A DNA stretch of 59,126 bases, the filler included, from Sphacelaria rigidula (taxonomy: Eukaryota): NCBI GenBank assembly GCA_964200075.2. It is 4 parts of 4 records of this genome, joined end to end, with 100 filler letters (N's around TTAATTAATTAA, not from the genome) between each part and the next. Parts side by side here need not be neighbours in the genome. Positions count along the whole stretch, not along the records: positions 44,422 to 59,126 come from CAXNAA020002083.1; 3 more parts are not named here. One strand, given 5' to 3'. The notes under the pieces were generated by a model. That model was not told the DNA's origin, did not search any database, and saw only the letters and a list, made by a program, of their open reading frames with translations. A program made the position numbers and the translations under genes. Numbering within the stretch: position 1 is the stretch's first letter; every line of letters starts with the position of its first letter. This document shows, piece by piece, positions 51,045 through 59,126 of the stretch.

Positions 51045-51821
51045 ACTTTGAGAATCGGAATCAGACTGCAAACGGGAATGTAAGATGGTTGACACACGTG
51101 GACTGCTCATTGCAATGATGCATTCTTGCATTCTCATTCCCATCTTTTTCTTTCTTTGAAGATGAGACGAGGTCTCGTGCAATCCTCATAGTCATGGAGT
51201 GGAAGGCAAGTGCCCAGAAAGGGGGGGATGGGAGGATTCCTCAAGACTGCGGATTCGTCCCCGAGGAAAATCGGTTGGGAGTATGACCGAAAAAATAGGA
51301 TCCAACGAGTGGGTACGCCCTCTCTTGTACTCCCGGGTGATGGGCTTATACCCCGGGAGCAATCGTAACGCAATGTATTCATCCAAGAAAAATAATAAGA
51401 CATCATTCGTTCATCGAATGATTGGCGAAACACCAATGCCGTGCTACGGTGGGGATGCACAAGTATCTGCTGAGGTTTGGATTGTCAGAAGCGATTTATC
51501 TCATCTGACAGCCGACTCATGATATGTGTGAGAGAACGCCTCGATTAGCATTTCCGATGAACGAGGAATATCCCGAATGGTTTCGAAGACGAGAATGATG
51601 TCCTGGCTTACATTCTCATGTGGTCGTAGCTGCTGAAAGTATAGGCCCGTGTGGCGCTGTCTCACTGGAAAAGTGAAAAAGGGGGCACTTTCGTGTCTCG
51701 TAGCAGGGTGCTACAGGTGCAAACACATTACACGCAATGGTGTCTTGTGGCGTGATGCCACCTGCAGGTGCTGCACTGGCTGGTCACAGCCAAAATCAAA
51801 TAGAAGAGAAACAGAAAATTA

Positions 51822-52278
51822 TGTTGAAAACACACACACACTCGTTTAATATATTATACTGCTCAATAATCAAGAACCTCGAAAGCAGACTCACATTAAC
51901 GTAGAAAAACCAGATGGTCGCTGATGCTCACAGGGGTAGAATGCGAGGTAGAAAACGAACTATGAAGAACGAGTTATGAAGGCAAGTGACCAGAGGTGGG
52001 CACCAGCTCTCTGATCGAAGCTCAAAAACCAAAATTTTCATAATCCCCTACCTCTGGAACCCACACCCGTACCACGCACCTTAACCCTTAGACCGCGGTG
52101 GGGGCAGTCCATTTGGATCACGCATACTTTTTTCAAGTGAAAATTGATGCCGATTCAGCAGGTGACCTACCCTCGCGGTCTAAGGGTTAAAGCTCTTGAT
52201 AGACCATATCTCAGTTTCGCCATACACCACATCTTCGCCTTATCCACATACCACATCTCAGGCCAGTAATCCACCACA
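51822..52278 (-). repeat. 3' LTR of the copia element, with polypurine tract at 52279-52290
   Basis: The minus strand reads GGAAAGCGGGAG|TGTGG...TTTTCAACA, giving TG..CA ends preceded by a PPT. No 5' LTR in the window to confirm. Confidence 0.6.
52081..52190. mobile_element. piggyBac-like MITE inserted in the copia LTR
   Basis: TTAA|CCCTTAGACCGCG...CGCGGTCTAAGGG|TTAA; internal aaattgatgccgattca is shared with the 18301 copy. Confidence 0.9.
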
Positions 52279-52978
52279 CTCCCGCTTTCCATAAACCGAC
52301 TCCTGGCATACTTCCTGCTTCATGGCTCTGCATTGTCTCAATTCACAGACTGTTCCGTTACACAACAAATCAAGTCTCCGCTAACTATCCGCCTGCATAG
52401 TGCCTTTCCTTGACCGACTATACCTTACATATCCAAGGTATAATTCAATTCCACTAGAAATTTCCTGACAAATTGGTGCGAGCAAAATCGATTCGCCTCC
52501 CTGCCCGTGGCCAGTTCTTCATTACTCTTTCTAAAAAATCAATTAATTTCAGTCAACAATCCTTCGGTATATTACTCAAATAATGCCAACATTATACACG
52601 TACATCATCAGAACATAATTAGTTCCCCGAAAACTCAACTTCATCGTTTTCATGAACTTCAATTTTTCTTCTACTCTCAACTCTCCTCTTCCCATCATTC
52701 AAATGCCATAAATTCAAACACACAGTGAAAGTCGCTATTGCCCCCCTTCTTTCATGAAATACACTTGAAAATCATGGCTTACTTTACATTACAAAAACTG
52801 AATCCTACGACAGTGCCTTTTCGGACAATATTCATTCAGACAATAAATCCAATCATCCCAAATTCAACTCGCTACAAGCCTATTCCTGAATTATATCAGA
52901 TACGGATTCCAGTCTCTTTAGAAATCCATCAAATCAACACTATCCAAATTATGTCGACATATTACAGTGCCGGAGAAC

Positions 52979-54440
52979 TCACATAATACTCATGACAAAA
53001 TTACGGTGAGAGGTAAAATTCCCCGTCGGCAATACCTTGGTAAGAAAATCGGCATGGTGAAACTCCGATGCTACCTGGATAATCGAAATCTCTTTCCTCG
53101 CTACCAGTTCCCTGATGAAATGATGTCGCACGTCAATGTGCTTGGAGTTGGAGTTCGTTACAGGGTTCTGTGCAATCTGGATAGCCCCCTCATTATCCTC
53201 AAACACGGGAATGCAAGGCATTACCATCTCCGGCAACATGAAACGCCAAACCTGTCTCAAAAACAAAACCTCGTTGAGTACATCAGTAATGGCAACGTAT
53301 TCAGCCTCCGCTGTAGATAACGTCACACATTTCTGCGTCCTAAAAAACCATAATACACATCCACCCTCACACATTATCAATCCCCCAGACACCGATCGTC
53401 TATCAGTTGCCTTGCTTGCGTAGTCAGCGTCACTGAACACTTGAAAGCTCAATCCAGCTACGCTACCTCTGTTGAAAGTGATGCCTAGTGAACTTGTGCG
53501 CTTCCCATATCCCAGAATACCAAGCGCAGTGCGCCAATGAATTAGCTTAGGAGAGGCGCAGTATCTCGCCACTGCGCGTACCGCGTTAGATATGTCTGGC
53601 CTTGTTTGTGTTGCCAGCCACATCAGAGATCCTACCAACTCCCGAAATGGAAAATTCGTCGCCTCTTCTTCCGCACTGAACTTTTCAAGCTTCACCCTCG
53701 CAGCCATTGGAATACTCTTTCCCCATTCTACACCGTACTCCTTGGCCAACTCTTCTGCGTATGTCTGCTGTGAAATCTTGACAATTTCTCTGTCCATGTC
53801 TCTCTCATAGTACAATCCGGAATACCAACGCAGTTCTCCAAGGTTCTTCACCGGAACCATCTTGTTGAGCTCCACACCAAACTCGTCACACCTATCCTTA
53901 TCTCCTACTGCAAAGATGTCTACATATACTACGATTGTGATGATCACCCTACTACCCTTCATCAATCGAAATACACATGTATCCGCCAAGCATTGCTCAA
54001 ATCTCCTGACTTCCAGACCCTTTCCAGGTGGTTATGCCATTGTCTACTTGCCTGCTTCAACCCGTACAAAGATCGATTCAAACTTACTATCTTGCCGGAC
54101 AAACTACCACAATCAGGCGGCAAGCGCATGAACACATCCTCTTCTAGTTCGGACTCATCAAAAGCCTGTTCTACATCAAAATGACGTAATGCGAGGTTCT
54201 GTTTAAAAGCCATAGCCGCCAACAAACGTACACTCGAAACAGCTACGGTGGGGGCATACAGTTCGCCAAAATCTATATTCGCTCTCTGCATGTCTTCTCC
54301 TGCTACTAGTCTCGACTTCATCTTTGTTGGCCAGCCAAACTCATCCGCCTTCCAATTATACACCCATGTAGCATGGATGTAATTCTCAACTGGTTGCAAT
54401 TCGGCCGCGTCAAGAGTCCCTGCGTCGAAGATTCCCCACG
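52979..54440 (-). pseudogene. copia RT-RNase H, frameshifted; YVDD reduced to YVD-I
   Basis: ORFs 52979..53989 and 53962..54534. The catalytic motif reads IVVYVDIFAVG. Confidence 0.9.
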
Positions 54441-54986
54441 ATTCCGATCCATGGATTCTTTCCAAAGTCCACCGTACTCGGAGTTGATTGTTTGCGCATA
54501 GCTCTTCGGTACCTTCAGATCCTTCGCAAGGCACTGAGGAAGCTCGGGCGGATCAAGCGGCGGGCGGTCCTCGTGCTTAGCTGCTTCAATGTCCGCCCGC
54601 GTCGCCAGCTTTGGTGCATTCCGCATCGGCGGCCGCCCCCACCTCCCAGCATCTACGACGTCACGCGTGAGGAGAGTAGACAACAAAGACTGTTTGTTCA
54701 TCTGCTCCATGAGATCCATGCTGTGGTGTATGAGAGCTGTCTTGTTAGAGTTTTCCGCGTTGCACTGTGCGGTCCTCGAACGCGTGCGTCCAGGCTGCCG
54801 GGGGTCGTCCTCCAGGCCCAATTCCTTTATAACCCTCAAAGGCATAGGCGATGGTGCCGAGGGTATCGGCGAAGGCCCCGGAGTGTTGGTGAAAACCGGG
54901 GGCGAAGTCTGGGTCGACGGTGGCGACGGCGACGGCGACGGCGGGGGCAGCGATTGCTGGGGACTCGAAGGCGTCGACGACGACGG

Positions 54987-56050
54987 CTACTGCGGCGGCA
55001 ACTGCTGATGGCTCGAAGACGGGCGGCGGCTGTTGGTGACTGAGCTGTGGCGGCGGCGGCCGCGGCAGCTTGTGGCTCGAAGACGTCGGCTGCGGCGGCG
55101 GCGACGGTTGTTGAAATTCCAGTATGATGGAGTGAGATTGCGCCGGCGGCGAAGGGTGTGCGTCGACGACAGCCGCACCTTGCCCCCCGCCCCCCCGGCG
55201 AGCGGCGTCGCTGCCGACTGCAGGGGTTGACGCGGGGCAGTCCAAACTACGTTGTTTGTGTAGTAGACATGTCCAGTTGCAGTCTTCACGACCTTGACGG
55301 TCGTTGAAGAGTGGTTGCTGCCATTATTGAGGTAATGACAAGCAACAGACTGCACGTCCGACTTGTGTCGGCGGTTTACCCGCATCATACCTGGCTGCAG
55401 AAAGGGGACGATCTGTACCGGCGGAGCCTTCCTGGTGAAGACGCGATAAGGAGGCTTCTCCCCTGGGTTGGCTGTTGTTGCCGAATGGTTGAAGCCGTCC
55501 GCGGCCCAGACTGCTGCCTCTAACCACAAGCGTTCCAAGTCCTTGCCCAGGTGAGGGATGTCCCCGATGCCGGCGTCCGGAAAAAGATGAAACGCCTCCC
55601 GCCGTGCTGCGTGCCCCGCCTTTATCACACGCCAAATTACATTCTTAACAACGGCATTGTGCTCGGGGGTGTCAGGAGCGGTGTACTCGCGGCGGATCCG
55701 GGATTCATCGCAGAACGTGGCGAACGCCGTGGAGGTAAACTCGCCATCGTTGTCCATCCGGAAGCAGCGCGACCAACCGATCATGCTCACGTCAGCTATA
55801 TAGCGCTTCACTTTCGAAAGCGTGTCGACTTTGCTCGAGAGACCGTAAAGCGTCATGAAGTGGGATTTGCTGTCGACACACGCCAGCATCCGTCGAGCCT
55901 CCCAACGCGTGTGAATGTGGGCCGGTCAGGTCGAGATGCACCATGCTGAGGATACAGGTCACACGGAGACCCAGGCGCCGTGGAATGCCAGCCCTGCGCC
56001 CCCTTGCCTCCAAACATGCGGAGCATGGCAGTAGCGTGCCAGTGAGCATA
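54987..56050 (-). pseudogene. copia integrase (rve); third catalytic residue apparently E to K
   Basis: TAPDTPEHNAVVKNVI where ...QNxxxE(R/S) is expected; frameshift near 55890. Confidence 0.85.
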
Positions 56051-56389
56051 TGAGGGCGCGCATTGAGGGCAAGAGTAGCAAGAGCCATACTCTTTTCACT
56101 CGTACCACTAAGTTCATCCATCCTAAAAACACGCGGAAAAAAATCGTGATACGGGGTCTCATCGAATCCTTCTATCAACCTTCCATCCTCGAACACACTT
56201 AGATCCGGGAGATGAAGTCCGTCTACTGCTGTAATGCACGAGGTATTCTCGGCGGTCCCTTGGCTACCTGAGGGTGTAGACGCAAACCGCACTCCAGGGG
56301 AAGCAGGCACTATACTCCGTGACAGAGTAGCCGGGAACCGAACACCGGAGGGGGCAGGTAATATATTACTCCTGGACGTAGTAGATGGT

Positions 56390-56810
56390 AGATTCACACC
56401 GGGGGAAGTAGCAACCGTACTATTGGACGGATCAGCCAGGATGCACACTTTGGAGGAAGTATCTACAGTACCGTTGGACGGATCAGACGGAATGCACACT
56501 TTGAGGGATGTACCTACAGTACTGTTGAACGAATCAGACTGAACGCACACTTCGGGGGAAGTACCTACAGTACCGTTGAACGGATCAGACTGAACGCACA
56601 CTTCGTGGGAAGTACCTACAGTACTGTCGAACGGATCAGACTGAACGCACACTTCGGGGGATGTACCTACAGTAGTGTTAGACGGGTCAGACTGAACGCA
56701 CACTGTGGGGGAAGTATCTACAGTAGGGATTGGCGTACGTACCGTACTATTGGGCGGAGCAGACGGAACACACATCTGTGGAGAAGCATCTACAGTACTA
56801 TTGCAAAGAG
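56390..56810 (-). repeat. 51-bp coding tandem repeat (17-aa unit, ~8 copies) inside copia pol
   Basis: gtacctacag recurs at 56510, 56561 and 56612; the peptide unit is STVGTSPEVCVQSDPFN. Confidence 0.9.
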
Positions 56811-57749
56811 CAGGCGATACATCCACACATGGGGGAACACCTCCAGCGTTGCTGTGCGAAACAGGCGATACACCGTCACCAGGGGCAACATCTACAGTAC
56901 CACGCGACTGCAAGGGCAAACGGGCGACGGGGTTGGAAGTGACTGTGACAGCAGGCGCAGCAAGAGGACAGTGAACATATTCTGGTGAAGGCCGGGTCAC
57001 TCGCTGCGAGGAGGAACGTTCATTGCGATCAAAACGCAATCTACCGTCAAACAAATGTAATCGAATATACTTCCGCTCAAGGATTGTAGCTGTACATCTG
57101 CCTGAATGCAAGGGGAATGGATATGGAGATTGGGTCATGACATACAGGGGAAATACGAATAAAAGACTAGTTCTGTTATTAAGGTATACCCGATGTAGTG
57201 GTTGCAGCACATATCTGATGGGGCGGCAAACGCTTTCTTGCGTGACGAAGAGATGGGATTATGACATATCATTTTGTATGAGCGTTTTCCCCAGGAATGA
57301 CTGCCCCACTTCATTCAGTGTTTGTTCGGTGTGTTGGTACTGATTCAGTGGTGGTTTCAGTGTGTGTTATGTGTGTGTGAGTGGGAAAATATGGGGGAAT
57401 TAAGTACATAAATGATNNNNNNNNNCCTGGTCTCAACTGGCCATGGCAGGCCTACAACTTCCCGCGCCAATGCACCCGGTGCATGAGGCTTCCTATTATG
57501 CTAGCATGACTTGGGGTCAGGGCTCATGTACGGACTACTAGGGACTTACATGTCGTAGGCTCAGTCCCCCAGGGGATCAGGCTACGCTTCGCACAGGCGA
57601 CTTGGACGCCAAACATGATATAAAATATATCTACGGTATTCAAAAGGAGAGTTAAAACGGGTTTTTCAACAACGAGGCATCGAAACGCGCCTACGCCGCA
57701 GACAACAAGAAGGAACACAATATCAACGGACAGCATCGCAGCAACACAA

Positions 57750-58057
57750 GAGCTAACTGGACAGTACGGTACCCACGATCAGCAGCGGAAACACCCCCCG
57801 ACACGCGCGTCACCAACAAGTGAGCAGCTACATCAAGGACAACAAAATCACAGCTTCTCAGCTATTGTCTCAGATGGGCGGAGGAGCCCCGAAGGCATGT
57901 ATCATCTTTTATTTTGTATTTTTGAGCTAACCAGAGCAGTAAGGTACCCAAGATCGGCAGCGGTAATATCCCTCGACACGCGCGTCGCCAACTCTAGCAT
58001 CCGAGCGCCGATGAACAAGCCACATCCAGGACGACAAGGTCATCAGCTTCCCAGCTT
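57750..58057. repeat. Imperfect two-copy direct repeat (~175-bp period)
   Basis: gagctaac...ggtaccca.gatc.gcagcgg...cgacacgcgcgtc.ccaac recurs at 57750 and 57924. Confidence 0.75.
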
Positions 58058-59126
58058 CTACTTCAACACGAGCCGCAGTGCTAAAAAAAGGCACGTTTTC
58101 CCTTTTAATTTGTTTTCCTTCGATAGACCATCGAATCTTGATAGAACCACCAGGGTCGAAGAGTAGGATGGCTTCAACAACGCTTTGTTATCGGTAAGTT
58201 GTCATTCTATTCTAGTTTGCGAGTTGGTTTGCGTATTTTCCTGCTTTCTAGAGTGTCATAAGTCCTTGTTCTTCTGTTGAACGGGGGGTGTTATATAGCG
58301 CCACACTAAATTGATGACTGGTCACGTGTAACATGTCGAAGATTCATTTTGCAGGCTTACAGTCGGATTGCTTTTTTGTTGGCAATATATTGCCCTTCCC
58401 TTCTATCCCCTGTTTTTTCGATCACTGTTATGCCCCGCCCATCTATGCAGTATCTTTCATTCATGTATGTCCCGAGGGTATGGATGTGATTTCATATTCC
58501 GTCGTGTAGGCGTGTTATATTCCGTCATCTACCGTGGTTGGGTAGTTGATACAGTAGTCGGTGTGATGTTCCGATTTCATGAATCATCATTTTTGTTTGG
58601 ATCGAGAACCAGTTTTTCAAAAATTCTTTGACTCGTGTTGGTTTGCTTTTCCATTCAGCACCACGTCTTGATCGCTCTGTAATGAGACGGAGCGCAAGTG
58701 TGATTTCGGAGTGTTTTATGTGTGCCCTACTTAGATCCTCATCTGTTTGCGACTTTGGTTTTTTCCTTTCTCCACTGCAGAATGATATGATCCCATTGAC
58801 TGTAGAAGGGGGTGTTATCTACCGCCATGAAAGTGCGGAACACGTCGCGCACGTACATGTGTTGATTAATCGCTTCTGCACTGTATCGTAATACACTGTA
58901 CTGATCTGTAGGGTATGGCACTCGACCATTCTACCCTGTTGGACTGCATTGTACTGCGCACGATCTGTAGAACTGTTCAGTGAAGCACTCAACATGTTGC
59001 GTTGTATGGACGACCACTTGTATTCCAAACTGCATGGATTGATAGTCAGGACTTATAGCCTCTGCCAGACGATCTGGACAAGAGGGCTATTCAGTGAGGG
59101 ACTTCTCCAGAATCCACTGGCCTCAC

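Larger units (their letters stand above)
51822..57057 (-). mobile_element. Ty1/copia LTR retrotransposon, degenerate and 5'-truncated
   Basis: Domain order is protease tail, pre-integrase Zn finger (LTGTLLPCSACLEA), integrase (HLDLTGP, CVDS, RMDNDGEF), RT (KSRLVA, HFDVEQAF, SLYGLKQASRQW), RNase H (SDADYA, RRSVSG, SKHIDVRHHFIRE). Frameshifts near 55890, 54440 and 54000. Confidence 0.95.

Noticed and set aside
56390..56810. CRISPR-like repeat array
   Set aside because: Contiguous 51-bp tandem units with no unique spacers, inside a retrotransposon ORF, in a eukaryote with no cas genes.

Overview
Eukaryotic, intron-rich, repeat-rich nuclear DNA, most likely from a brown alga or related photosynthetic stramenopile. 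This is inferred from GT-AG introns of kb length, TTAGGG repeats and an organelle-targeted bacterial-type gene. The scaffold has three 100-nt joins (44 N + TTAATTAATTAA + 44 N) and one small N gap. Genes I can support by manual exon assembly: (1) the 5' part of a spliced RecN gene on the minus strand, with four in-phase exons, Walker A GETGAGKS and a long N-terminal presequence; (2) the 5' half of a neurobeachin/BEACH-family gene on the minus strand, with a ConA-like domain but no PH-BEACH-WD40 exons found; (3) a small plus-strand gene resembling fungal Tma17/Adc17; (4) a six-exon orphan gene on the minus strand at 9.2-12.6 kb. Mobile DNA: a dead Ty1/copia element with a 17-aa tandem-repeat insert; three 5'-truncated copies of a LINE that has a C-rich (not poly-A) tail and inserts into C-tracts; piggyBac-like and Harbinger-like MITEs; a MITE carrying telomeric repeats; and several long foldback palindromes. 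No multi-gene novel system is demonstrated. The best leads are the eukaryotic RecN, the Tma17-like gene and the C-tract-targeting LINE. All homology calls come from motif recognition, not database searches.
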